Assembly: GCA_021833665.1 (NCBI GenBank)
Contig: JAKBES010000002.1
Location: 1-50,789 of the forward strand
Direction: 5' to 3'
DNA length: 50,789 nt
DNA from: Acidobacteriota bacterium
GTDB taxonomy: Bacteria > Acidobacteriota > UBA4820 > DSQY01
This document shows, piece after piece, positions 24,822 to 32,514 of this stretch. Each line of letters starts with the position of its first letter. Positions within the stretch are counted from its first letter, which is position 1. The translations under genes were made by a program, and so were the position numbers. A model generated the notes under the pieces. The model saw only the letters and a list, made by a program, of their open reading frames with translations, had not been told where the DNA came from and searched no databases.

Positions 24822-24890
24822 AGCCCTGCGGTATGCACCTGCATATTCTTAGCCGCCACACGCCTACAAGCATACGTCCCGGAGGGAAAC

Positions 24891-25916
24891 TTGGCACTGG
24901 ACCTTGAGCTACGAAAGACCTACCTGGGGGCCACGGACCTGTCGGCCATCTCGGGGCTGTCGCCTTACCGGAAGCCGGGCGATGTCTGGCTGGAGAAGAT
25001 GGGGCAGTCCACATTCACCGGCAACGCGGCAACGGAATGGGGCACCGACCTGGAGCCCATCGTGGCGATGCGGCACGCGCGGCGCTTCGACGTGGCGCTG
25101 CTGGAACTGCCACCCGAGCCTGTCTTCCACCCGGAATTCCCCTTCATCGCGGCGAATCTGGACCGCATCTACAAGGACCGGAAGCGGGTCCTGGAGTGCA
25201 AGACGGCGGCGGAGGACCAGCTGTATGGCCAGGAACCTTTGTGGGGGGAGGACGGCGAGGAGAACGCGGTGCCCCTTGGCTACCTAGGCCAGGTGAACCA
25301 CTACATCGGCATCCTGAACTACGAGGACGCCTTCCTCTCGGCCATGTTCCTGGGGAAGAGCCGCATCCAGCGGGACTACCCCATCACCTTTGATGCCGGG
25401 CTCTACGACCTGATGCTCTCGAACGGCGTCACCTTCTGGAACACCTATGTGCTGCCGAAGGTCCAGCCTCCGGTGGAGATGTTCAGCCCCGATGTGGCGA
25501 TGAAGGCCGTGGCGCTCAGGGCCCTCGCCAAGGAAAACGTGCTGGAAGCAACCTCGGAGATCGAGGCCTGGGCTCAGGAGTACCGAGAGGTCAGCAGGCA
25601 GATCGACTCCTTGTCCAGCGAGAAGAAGCTGCGGGCTGCACGGATCGCCCAGTGGATCACGGAGCAGGGCGGTACGAAGGTGAAGCATAGCCTGGGCTCG
25701 TTCACCTTCAAGCGGGGCGACACCAAGCCCGGCAAGCCCGTGACGAACTACGAGATGGCCTTCAGGGGGCTTTTGGGCTCTCCAGCCCTGGGCATTCTCC
25801 CTGATTCCACCCGAGACCTGCTCGCCTCACTGGCCAGTGATGTGGAACGGGCCTGCACAACCACCCCTGTCTCCGAGCCTTCGGAGCCCGTTCTTCGCCC
25901 CTGGTGGGCGAAGTAG
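24891..25916 (+). CDS. YqaJ-like (lambda Exo-type, PD-(D/E)XK) recombination exonuclease, 341 aa
   Basis: LGATDLSAISGLSPYRKPGDVWLEKMG and ..ANLDRIY....VLECKT match the YqaJ pattern. TTG start with GGAGGG 5 nt upstream. Confidence 0.8.
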   Translation: MALDLELRKTYLGATDLSAISGLSPYRKPGDVWLEKMGQSTFTGNAATEWGTDLEPIVAMRHARRFDVALLELPPEPVFHPEFPFIAANLDRIYKDRKRVLECKTAAEDQLYGQEPLWGEDGEENAVPLGYLGQVNHYIGILNYEDAFLSAMFLGKSRIQRDYPITFDAGLYDLMLSNGVTFWNTYVLPKVQPPVEMFSPDVAMKAVALRALAKENVLEATSEIEAWAQEYREVSRQIDSLSSEKKLRAARIAQWITEQGGTKVKHSLGSFTFKRGDTKPGKPVTNYEMAFRGLLGSPALGILPDSTRDLLASLASDVERACTTTPVSEPSEPVLRPWWAK

Positions 25917-25928
25917 GAGATCACCACC

Positions 25929-26975
25929 ATGAACGACACCACCATCATCGGCCCCGGCGGGGAGATCCTGGACCCTCAGGGGCCCCAGCCTGGCGGCATG
26001 GGCGTCCAGACCATCAACCACGGGCAGGCCGCAGCCGAAGCCGCCGCTCAGACGCTCGTGAAGGCCCGGTTCCAGATGGCCCTCATGCGGCCCCGCAACA
26101 TCCTCCAGGCCCGCTCCAAGATCCTGGATGCCTGCAAGCGGCCTGGGTTCGCGGAAAGCGCCATCTACCGCAAGCCCGTGAGCAAGAAGGACGGCGTGCA
26201 GCAGTACGTGGAGGGGCCCAGCATCCGCTTCGCTGAAGAGGCCATCCGGAGCCTGGGCAACATCGACATCCGCCAGCAGGTCACGTTTGAGGACGATGAG
26301 AAGCGCGTCGTCACCGTGACCGTGATGGACCTCGAGAACAACGTGGCGTGGCCCACGGATGTAGCGGTCATCAAGCGTGTGGAGCGCAGCTTCGTGAAGG
26401 AGGGCCAGAAGGTCTATTCCACCCGGAAGAACAGCTACAACAAGAACGTCTATTTGGTGGATGCCAGCGAGGACGAGATCCTCACCAAGCAGCAGGCCAT
26501 GGTTTCCAAGGCCCTCCGCACGGCGGCCCTGCGCGTGGTGCCCGGGGACATCCTGGAAGAGGCTCTGGTCCAGATCAAGGACACCCTGACCAAGAAGGAC
26601 CAGGCTGACCCGAAGGCAGCGGTGAAGAAGATCGTGGACGCCTTCTCCTCCCTGGGTGTCGGAGTGGTTGAACTGGAGAAGTTCCTGGACCACAGCCTGG
26701 AGACGGTCTCGCCCAACGAGATCCAGGTTCTTCGCGGGGTCTTCACCAGCATCAAGGACGGCGACAGCAACTGGCACGATGTCCTGGCAGCTGAACTCGA
26801 TGGTCGCAAGCCGAAGGACAAGGCCGGCGTTACCCAGCCCGGAGAAGGCCAGCAGGAACGCCCTGCCGCAGAGGCGACCTCCGGTTCCCCGGCTGAGAAG
26901 GCCAAGGCTAAAGCGAAAACCCAGAGCCAGCAGATGGGTGACGCGAAGATGCCCGGAACGCTCGACCTGGAGTAG
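25929..26975 (+). CDS. putative single-strand annealing protein (RecT-like by weak motif and position), 348 aa
   Basis: It immediately follows the YqaJ exonuclease gene. The N-terminal half loosely resembles RecT (..ILDACKRPGFAESAIYRKPV...VEGPSIRFAEEAIRSLGNI). Confidence 0.45.
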   Translation: MNDTTIIGPGGEILDPQGPQPGGMGVQTINHGQAAAEAAAQTLVKARFQMALMRPRNILQARSKILDACKRPGFAESAIYRKPVSKKDGVQQYVEGPSIRFAEEAIRSLGNIDIRQQVTFEDDEKRVVTVTVMDLENNVAWPTDVAVIKRVERSFVKEGQKVYSTRKNSYNKNVYLVDASEDEILTKQQAMVSKALRTAALRVVPGDILEEALVQIKDTLTKKDQADPKAAVKKIVDAFSSLGVGVVELEKFLDHSLETVSPNEIQVLRGVFTSIKDGDSNWHDVLAAELDGRKPKDKAGVTQPGEGQQERPAAEATSGSPAEKAKAKAKTQSQQMGDAKMPGTLDLE

Positions 26976-26978
26976 CCC

Positions 26979-27197
26979 ATGCACGCCGAGAAACTCCTGA
27001 CTCTCCGGGAGCTTCGCATTGCGCTGGTCGGGCCGGGGTGCCCTTTCACCACCCCGCCCGCCGCGCAGACCATCCGATGCTGGGTGGAGAAGCACGGGCT
27101 CAAGGTACACATCCTGCCGGGCGGCCGGCGCAAGCACTTCCGGCTGTCCGAGGTGCTGGCCTTCCTGCGGAACAACCCGGGGGTGGGTGATGGCTGA
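26979..27197 (+). CDS. small HTH (excisionase/MerR-type, HTH_17-like) DNA-binding protein, 72 aa
   Basis: LLTLRELRIAL....AQTIRCWVEKHGLKVHILPGGRRKHFRLSEVLAFL fits the excisionase-family HTH layout. Confidence 0.45.
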   Translation: MHAEKLLTLRELRIALVGPGCPFTTPPAAQTIRCWVEKHGLKVHILPGGRRKHFRLSEVLAFLRNNPGVGDG

Positions 27198-27594
27198 GGG
27201 CCAAATCCTGTTCCAGACCTTCATCGCCATGCTGCCAGTGGCGTGGCAACGCGCCGGGCGCAAAGGGGGCTTCACATACACCCCCAAGAAGACGCGGAAC
27301 GCCGAGGACTTCATCAAGTTCGCGGTAGGACAGCAGTGGAAGGCGGCCCCCTTGGATGAGCCCCTGGACCTCGAAGTGTTCGTCTTCACAGAGAAGCCCA
27401 AGAGTAAGCCTAAACGTGTGGTTTTCCCGGCAGTTAAGCCCGACTGGGACAACCTCGGAAAGTTGGTTGGGGACTCGCTGAATGGCATCCTCTGGAAGGA
27501 TGACTCAGTGATCGTGGACGGTGCCGTGCGCAAGCGGTACTGCGATCCCGATCACCCCCAGCCGGGCTACCTTCTCATTCTCCGGAGGGCCTGA
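27190..27594 (+). CDS. rusA: RusA-family Holliday-junction resolvase, 134 aa
   Basis: KPDWDNLGKLVGDSLNGILWKDDSVIVDG is the RusA signature. The ATG overlaps the previous stop. Confidence 0.85.
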   Translation: MAEGQILFQTFIAMLPVAWQRAGRKGGFTYTPKKTRNAEDFIKFAVGQQWKAAPLDEPLDLEVFVFTEKPKSKPKRVVFPAVKPDWDNLGKLVGDSLNGILWKDDSVIVDGAVRKRYCDPDHPQPGYLLILRRA

Positions 27595-27596
27595 CT

Positions 27597-28463
27597 ATGG
27601 GCCGCATCCGGACCGTGAAGCCAGATCTCTTCGTCCACGAGGCGTTGAGCGAACTGGAGGAGCAGCACCCTACCCTTCGCCCCATGCTGGCCTTCATCGG
27701 CCTCTTCACCCAATGCGACCGGAGGGGATGCTTCGAGTGGATGCCGCGCAAGCTGGGGCTCGCCGTGCTGCCCTTCGTGGAGAGTTTCTCCATGCCGGAG
27801 GCGATGGCCCTGCTGGAACAGCATGGCTACATTCGGCGCTACGAGGTGGGCGGCAAGGCTTTTGGCCACATCCCAACATGGAGGCGGCACCAGAGGATCA
27901 CGGGGCGAGAGGCCACAGACCCTCCCCGCTACCCAACCCCGCCCGGAAACACATGTGAATCATCTGATGATTCCTCTGGGAACATTTACGGGGACAGGAA
28001 GGACGGTAGCCCGAAGGAGAAGCCGGGCCGGAAGAACCGTCCGAAGACCGAGAAGGCGCCCGTCGGGTTCCAGCTGCCGCCGGAGATGGAAGCGTGGTTC
28101 GAGGCTATCTGGTGGGATCTCTACCCCGAGCAGGTGGAGCGTGAAGGGGAACCCCTGAAAGTGGACCGCGGCCTGAAGAACAAGGCCCGGGAGCGGTTCG
28201 CGGCGTGGTGCAAGAAGACCAGCCCCCTCGCCCTCTACCTGTCCTTCCGCGCCTACATCAAGAACCACCCGAAGGTGAAGGAGGGCTATGTCCAGGAGCT
28301 TGCCACCTTCCTGGGTCCAAAGAAGGCCACGGTGAAGGACTACCTGGAGCAGGTGCTGCCCTGGCTTGATAGGCACCCAACCATCGCCGCGATGACGGCG
28401 CCCCCGGAGAACGAGGAGGCCTTCCAGGCGCTCCTGGCGAAGGAGAAGGAAGCCCATGGCTGA
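27597..28463 (+). CDS. putative replisome organiser / replication initiation protein, 288 aa
   Basis: The N-terminus MGRIRTVKPDLFVHEAL.. is typical of prophage replication-module proteins, and the gene lies directly upstream of DnaB, overlapping it. Confidence 0.45.
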   Translation: MGRIRTVKPDLFVHEALSELEEQHPTLRPMLAFIGLFTQCDRRGCFEWMPRKLGLAVLPFVESFSMPEAMALLEQHGYIRRYEVGGKAFGHIPTWRRHQRITGREATDPPRYPTPPGNTCESSDDSSGNIYGDRKDGSPKEKPGRKNRPKTEKAPVGFQLPPEMEAWFEAIWWDLYPEQVEREGEPLKVDRGLKNKARERFAAWCKKTSPLALYLSFRAYIKNHPKVKEGYVQELATFLGPKKATVKDYLEQVLPWLDRHPTIAAMTAPPENEEAFQALLAKEKEAHG

Positions 28464-29826
28464 CTGGCTCCCCCAGCGCCTGCCGGAGGACGTGGACGCC
28501 GAGCGGTCCCTGCTGGCGACTCTCTGCGCACCCGGGATCGGGGATGTGGGCAAGGTGGCCGCCCGGCGCCTGACCAAGGAGCACTTCGTCCACCCGGCCC
28601 ATCAGGCTGTCCTGGGGGCCCTTCAGTCTCTCTTGTCGGATGATCTGGAAGTCAACGCGATCAGCCTCAAGCACGAACTCGAACGGCACGGAACCTTGAA
28701 CCGCGTGGGAGGGTTCCCCGGGTTGGTTGAACTTCTCGCCGCGGAGGATGTGGGGCGCCCCGAGAACCTGGTGGACCTGCTGGGTGAGAAGCTGCGCCAG
28801 CGCAAGATCATCCATGTGGCCGCGGACCTGCTGCGGAAATCCTCCAAAGAGGAACAGGATGCGGCGTCTCTCTGCGCCGAAGCCATGGACACCCTTTCCT
28901 CCATCAGCCGGGAGGGGCGCGCCGGCCGGGTCACATCCTGGTCCGAGATCCTGGACATGATGGAGGCGGGCGAGGCCTTCCGCGACGGCGACGGTCTCTG
29001 CGGCGGCTACTGGGGCATCCCCGAGCTGGACGAGGAAGCCCCCATCCCGGCGGGCCAGGTGACGTTCGTGGGGGCCCGTCCCGGCATCGGCAAGACCGCC
29101 TTGGGCACCCAGATCTGTGTGGAGAGCGCCGTCAAGGGCCGCATCCCCCTCTTCGTGCAGCTGGAGCTACCCGAGAAGACCACCCGCGCCCGGGTGGCGT
29201 CCTACTTCACCCGGACCAGCGTGCGGAAGTTCAAGGAGGGGAGCTACCACCCCTCCGACATCGAGGCCATGCGCCGGCAGGCCAGGATCCTGGAGCGCGG
29301 CGGGATCATCTCCCCGCGGCAGGGCACGCCCTGGCCGAACATCGAGGCGATGATCCTGGAGGACATGGAGCACCGTGGATCCAACCTCGTCGTGCTCGAC
29401 TACTTCCAGATCGTCGGCCGCCCCAACGTGGGCAAGGGAAGCTCGGAAGCCTACGCCTTCGCCAAGGTGTCCGACTCCATCATGGCCTTCGTCAAGGATC
29501 ACCAGGATCTGGGCTTCGTCCTGCTGGGCCAGTTGAAGACGGACGCCGCGAACGGCGAACCCAGGGATGGCCATGTAGCAGACAGCGACCGGCCGGCGAA
29601 GGATGCGGCCCTGACCCTCATGCTCTGGCGGAACGCCCAGGGCGCGGTCTGGTCCGTGCTGCACAAGAACCGGGACGGTGCCATGGGTTGGCGGAAGGAA
29701 CTGGCCTTTGAGGGATGGTCCCAGCACTTCAGCCTCGCCACCCACGAGACCCAGCCTGAGACCCCGATCCTCCAGAAAGCAGCTTGTGGGCCGCAAGGTC
29801 GCAGACAGCAACCCCTTGAAATGTAG
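28456..29826 (+). CDS. dnaB: DnaB-type replicative helicase, 456 aa
   Basis: The N-terminal DnaB pattern is DAERSLLATLC, and Walker A is VTFVGARPGIGKTALGTQI. A RecA-like core follows (VVLDYFQIV...). Confidence 0.85.
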   Translation: MADWLPQRLPEDVDAERSLLATLCAPGIGDVGKVAARRLTKEHFVHPAHQAVLGALQSLLSDDLEVNAISLKHELERHGTLNRVGGFPGLVELLAAEDVGRPENLVDLLGEKLRQRKIIHVAADLLRKSSKEEQDAASLCAEAMDTLSSISREGRAGRVTSWSEILDMMEAGEAFRDGDGLCGGYWGIPELDEEAPIPAGQVTFVGARPGIGKTALGTQICVESAVKGRIPLFVQLELPEKTTRARVASYFTRTSVRKFKEGSYHPSDIEAMRRQARILERGGIISPRQGTPWPNIEAMILEDMEHRGSNLVVLDYFQIVGRPNVGKGSSEAYAFAKVSDSIMAFVKDHQDLGFVLLGQLKTDAANGEPRDGHVADSDRPAKDAALTLMLWRNAQGAVWSVLHKNRDGAMGWRKELAFEGWSQHFSLATHETQPETPILQKAACGPQGRRQQPLEM

Positions 29827-29835
29827 GAGCTGACC

Positions 29836-30195
29836 ATGCCAGTGAAGCATAGCAAGGCCCCCTCTCTCCCGGGTGTGGGGCGCCCCCGGAACCTGACCAA
29901 GAACGCGGCAGGGTGCGATGCCTGCCCATGCTGCGGCGCCGTGTGGGACGGAGACCGGCCGTGGTCCACCACCATCATGAATCCCGCTGAGCTGGCGGCC
30001 AAGATGGGGTGCAGCGAGCAGAACATCACCCACCGGATCCGGCTGGGCACCATCGCCGCCTATCCCGCGACCGGCACGGGCGGCCGGGTTGCGTACCTGA
30101 TCCCGGTGGTGGAGGCCTCGCGCGTGATGCGGGAAGCCGGCCTCAAGCCGGGGGAGACCGAAGAGGCTGAAGACCTGGGGGTGCCCCGTGGATAG
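29836..30195 (+). CDS. Cys-cluster plus HTH DNA-binding protein, 119 aa
   Basis: CDACPCCG cluster, followed by MNPAELAAKMGCSEQNITHRIRLGTIAA.. (HTH_17-like). Confidence 0.45.
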   Translation: MPVKHSKAPSLPGVGRPRNLTKNAAGCDACPCCGAVWDGDRPWSTTIMNPAELAAKMGCSEQNITHRIRLGTIAAYPATGTGGRVAYLIPVVEASRVMREAGLKPGETEEAEDLGVPRG

Positions 30196-30574
30196 GGAGG
30201 AGATGCGGTTCTTGGCCGTCATGGAGTTCTGGAAGCGTGGCGTTGAGTCTTCCGAGAGCGTGGCCAGCGCCAATCGCCTCATGGAGGCCTTCGACAAGGG
30301 CAGGCCCGACTACGTGGACCCGGCCAAGCTCGAAGAGACCATCCAGGCCAGGGTGGATCAGGCGGTGGAGAGCGAACGGGAATCTCTTCGCTCCCTCCTG
30401 ACCGTGGCCTTCCACAGAGGCATTGACCTCGGGATGCGTGGAGGCGCAGAGGTCATCCAATCTCCCCATCGGTTCGGCCAAATCCTCAGGTTCTCCGAGG
30501 ACGTGGCAAAGATGCTGGCCGAGGAGGTTGTCCCCCTCGTGAAGGCCCCCGTAAGGATGGTGCCCCGTGGCTGA
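30188..30574 (+). CDS. hypothetical protein, 128 aa
   Basis: Overlapping, co-oriented ORF. GTG start as tracked; the start is uncertain. Confidence 0.4.
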   Translation: MDREEMRFLAVMEFWKRGVESSESVASANRLMEAFDKGRPDYVDPAKLEETIQARVDQAVESERESLRSLLTVAFHRGIDLGMRGGAEVIQSPHRFGQILRFSEDVAKMLAEEVVPLVKAPVRMVPRG

Positions 30575-30935
30575 GGAATCCGTCACGCCCCAGCCGGGCC
30601 TCCGCATCGGCGTCTTCCACTCCCTCACGGACACCAGCCTGCTGCTTTTCGGCTACGGCACCTTCGAAGGCCTTGAAGTCCCTCCGACCTCCATCATCAT
30701 CCCGGGCCAGGGGCCCGTGGGCGCCGCAGGGGTCGCTGCCCCAAAGCTGCGCCTCGATGACGGCACGGTGATCTGGGGCGGAGAGGCCTGGTGGAACGCC
30801 GAGGGAGTGGTGAGGGCCTACGAACAGGGCCGAACCATCGTGCATCCGAAGCTGGATAGCGTCCGCGCCAAGATCCGCGAGGCCTGGGACGAGGCCATGC
30901 GGAAGCTGTCCGAAGAGGAGGACCGTCTTCCATGA
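30567..30935 (+). CDS. hypothetical protein, 122 aa
   Basis: Overlaps its neighbours at both ends and has native-looking composition. Confidence 0.45.
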   Translation: MAEESVTPQPGLRIGVFHSLTDTSLLLFGYGTFEGLEVPPTSIIIPGQGPVGAAGVAAPKLRLDDGTVIWGGEAWWNAEGVVRAYEQGRTIVHPKLDSVRAKIREAWDEAMRKLSEEEDRLP

Positions 30936-31189
30936 GCGAACAGCAGATCGAGATCGTGGAGGTGGAGGCCTTCGACGTGGACGTGAAAGAGGCGGCCCGT
31001 CTCGTCTCCCTATCCCCGGGAACCCTGAACGACATGCGGAACAAGGGGGACGGGCCGCCCTTCTTCTACCTCCGCGGCGCCGTGCGCTACGGGGTGGCCG
31101 ACCTCAAGGCCTGGGTCTCCGGCCGCCCGCGGTTCAGGAGCACCACCGAGGCCGCCCTGTTCGAGCAGGTGAATGGAGGGAAAGCATGA
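30932..31189 (+). CDS. AlpA/excisionase-like HTH protein, 85 aa
   Basis: VKEAARLVSLSPGTLNDMRNKGDGPPFFYLRGAVRYGVADLKAWV matches the HTH_17 pattern. ATGA overlap with the previous gene. Confidence 0.55.
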   Translation: MSEQQIEIVEVEAFDVDVKEAARLVSLSPGTLNDMRNKGDGPPFFYLRGAVRYGVADLKAWVSGRPRFRSTTEAALFEQVNGGKA

Positions 31190-31431
31190 CCGCCCTCTCC
31201 TACCGCGCGCGCCGGGGCCAGGTGGACCTGCGCCTCGTGGCCTACCGGCCGTCCCTCGAGCCCATGCCCGAGGGTGAGCTTCGTGTCGTGGTCCAGGTAG
31301 TGGAGCGTGGCAAGCCCATCGCGGAGGATCCCATCCACATCGAGAACATGGCCCCGCTGGAACTGGCGCGGGCCCTCCACCTCAGCCGCTTCGACGGCTG
31401 GGACATTCAACCATGGGAGAGGTCGCATTGA
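31186..31431 (+). CDS. hypothetical protein, 81 aa
   Basis: ATGA overlap with the previous gene. Confidence 0.4.
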   Translation: MTALSYRARRGQVDLRLVAYRPSLEPMPEGELRVVVQVVERGKPIAEDPIHIENMAPLELARALHLSRFDGWDIQPWERSH

Positions 31432-31637
31432 ACATGGACCCAGCCAGCTGCCTGCGCTGCGGTATTGCCGAGGCCATCTTGGGGAGTGCCTTCTGCGCGG
31501 CGTGCAAAGAGGCCCTCGAACATCCCGCGCCATCGCGGGCAGAACCGCGGGCAGAGCAGGGCAAGGCCGTCAAATCCCGCCGGCTCCCGATGCGGCGCAC
31601 CTTCAACCAGCACCCCAATTACCCGAGGAAAGCATGA
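31413..31637 (+). CDS. small Cys4 (zinc-ribbon-like) protein, 74 aa
   Basis: Carries CLRC...CAAC motifs. Its stop overlaps the next start. Confidence 0.4.
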   Translation: MGEVALNMDPASCLRCGIAEAILGSAFCAACKEALEHPAPSRAEPRAEQGKAVKSRRLPMRRTFNQHPNYPRKA

Positions 31638-32068
31638 GTGTCGTCGCATGGGACGGTAAGACCCTGGCCGCGGACCGGCAAGGAACTCAGGGTGACCTTG
31701 TTCTCCTGGCCTGCAAGATCCGTCGCCTACCGAACAATGATGTTGTGGCTTGGACCGGCGAGATTGAGCGTGGTCTTGCATTGGCTCAATGGTATGAGGC
31801 CGGAGCGGATCCCTCCCGCTTCCCATCCTTCCAGGGAAGCGAGAACTGGACGCGCCTGATCGTGGTCCCAGCCAAGGGCCGCCCCTTCATCTTCGAGCAG
31901 CTCCCCTTCCGGCAAACCGTCCTGGACCGGATGGCGGCCTGGGGATCCGGCCGGGACTTCGCCCTGGGGGCCATGGCCATGGGCGCGACCGCAGAGCGGG
32001 CCGTGAAGGTTGCCTCCAGGTTTGCCTCCAGCTGCGGGTTCGGCGTGCAATCCTTCCGAGTAAGATGA
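31634..32068 (+). CDS. HslV/proteasome-beta-like Ntn-hydrolase fold protein, 144 aa
   Basis: The protein starts MSVVAWDGKTLAADRQGTQG.., so Ser2 would be exposed after Met removal, and carries ..AAWGSGRDFALGAMAMGATAERAV. This parallels the HslV N-terminal nucleophile and GSGG..A..A motif. Confidence 0.5.
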   Translation: MSVVAWDGKTLAADRQGTQGDLVLLACKIRRLPNNDVVAWTGEIERGLALAQWYEAGADPSRFPSFQGSENWTRLIVVPAKGRPFIFEQLPFRQTVLDRMAAWGSGRDFALGAMAMGATAERAVKVASRFASSCGFGVQSFRVR

Positions 32069-32077
32069 CCAAAATCC

Positions 32078-32100
32078 GTGCCTCCAACGGCTGGAGGCAC
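32078..32100. repeat. perfect 9-bp palindrome GTGCCTCCA-ACGGC-TGGAGGCAC
   Basis: Read directly 10 nt after the stop of the last + strand gene. It is built from two inverted octamers. Confidence 0.7.
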
Positions 32101-32111
32101 GCCGGCCGGGT

Positions 32112-32136
32112 GCGGGTTCGATTCCCGCTCGTTTGC
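32112..32136 (+). other. tRNA/tmRNA-like T-arm plus 3' acceptor fragment (GCGGG-TTCGATT-CCCGC-TCGTTTG-C)
   Basis: Perfect 5-bp T stem with a canonical TTCGATT loop. No matching 5' acceptor strand or D arm lies upstream, so it is not a complete gene. Confidence 0.4.
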
Positions 32137-32306
32137 CGAGGCTTGGGAGCTGGGGAAGGCGGATGGCACCGTCAAGCCCCCTGACGCCACGGGGGATAAG
32201 GCATGACAGCAGGGAAAGACCGCAGGGGGGCCTCTTCGGAGGCCTCTCTTGAATTTGGAGGCAATGTGGAGGCACGGCCCCGAATAAGGCGCGCTGGAGG
32301 CACAAA

Positions 32307-32343
32307 GCAAAAACCCCCGAGACTCAACAGTGGCGGGGGTTTC
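32307..32343 (-). terminator. rho-independent terminator downstream of the tRNA fragment (minus sense AAACCCCCG-N14-CGGGGGTTTTT)
   Basis: 9-bp stem followed by T5 on the minus strand, starting 5 nt after the CCA end of the tRNA fragment. Confidence 0.55.
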
Positions 32344-32347
32344 CTTG

Positions 32348-32397
32348 TGGAGCCAACTACAGGATTCGAACCTGCGACCTGCTGATTACGAATCAGT
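32348..32397 (-). other. att core: 3' 50 nt of a tRNA-Thr(CGU)-like gene (anticodon arm to CCA); 5' half absent
   Basis: The minus strand reads ACTGA-TTCGTAA-TCAGC-AGGTC-GCAGG-TTCGAAT-CCTGT-AGTTGGC-T-CCA. The upstream sequence cannot form the acceptor 5' strand (GCCAACT absent) or a D arm. Confidence 0.7.
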
Positions 32398-32514
32398 TTT
32401 GATGTAGCCATACGCCTAGCTCTTGATCAACTTCATTGAGTTTATCTTCCATATTGTGTAGTAGCGTTCCTACAAATACGGATTACACTGGAGGCATAGT
32501 GGAGGCAAACTGCG

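Larger units (their letters stand above)
32011..32507. promoter_or_regulatory. array of nine TGGAGGCA/TGCCTCCA octamers flanking the att core (candidate integrase arm-type sites)
   Basis: TGCCTCCA at 32011, 32023 and 32079; TGGAGGCA at 32092, 32246, 32257, 32285, 32489 and 32500. Neighbouring copies are 11-13 bp apart. A rough base-composition estimate predicts about 2 copies in the whole window. Confidence 0.5.

Noticed and set aside
25827-27533. 568-aa minus-strand ORF across the annealing-protein, HTH and RusA genes. The 442-aa ORF at 3385-4713 (-) and the 557-aa ORF at 40498-42171 (+) are of the same kind.
   Set aside because: The shadow-ORF argument applies again. Each overlaps a gene with recognisable family motifs (RusA, collagen fibre, SMC-like ATPase) on the other strand.
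32348-32424. Possibility that a complete tRNA-Thr gene is present on the minus strand
   Set aside because: The 3' 50 nt fold perfectly, but the next 26+ nt cannot pair with the acceptor 3' strand (GCCAACT is needed and absent), and no D-arm can be drawn. I treat it as a truncated att core rather than a gene.
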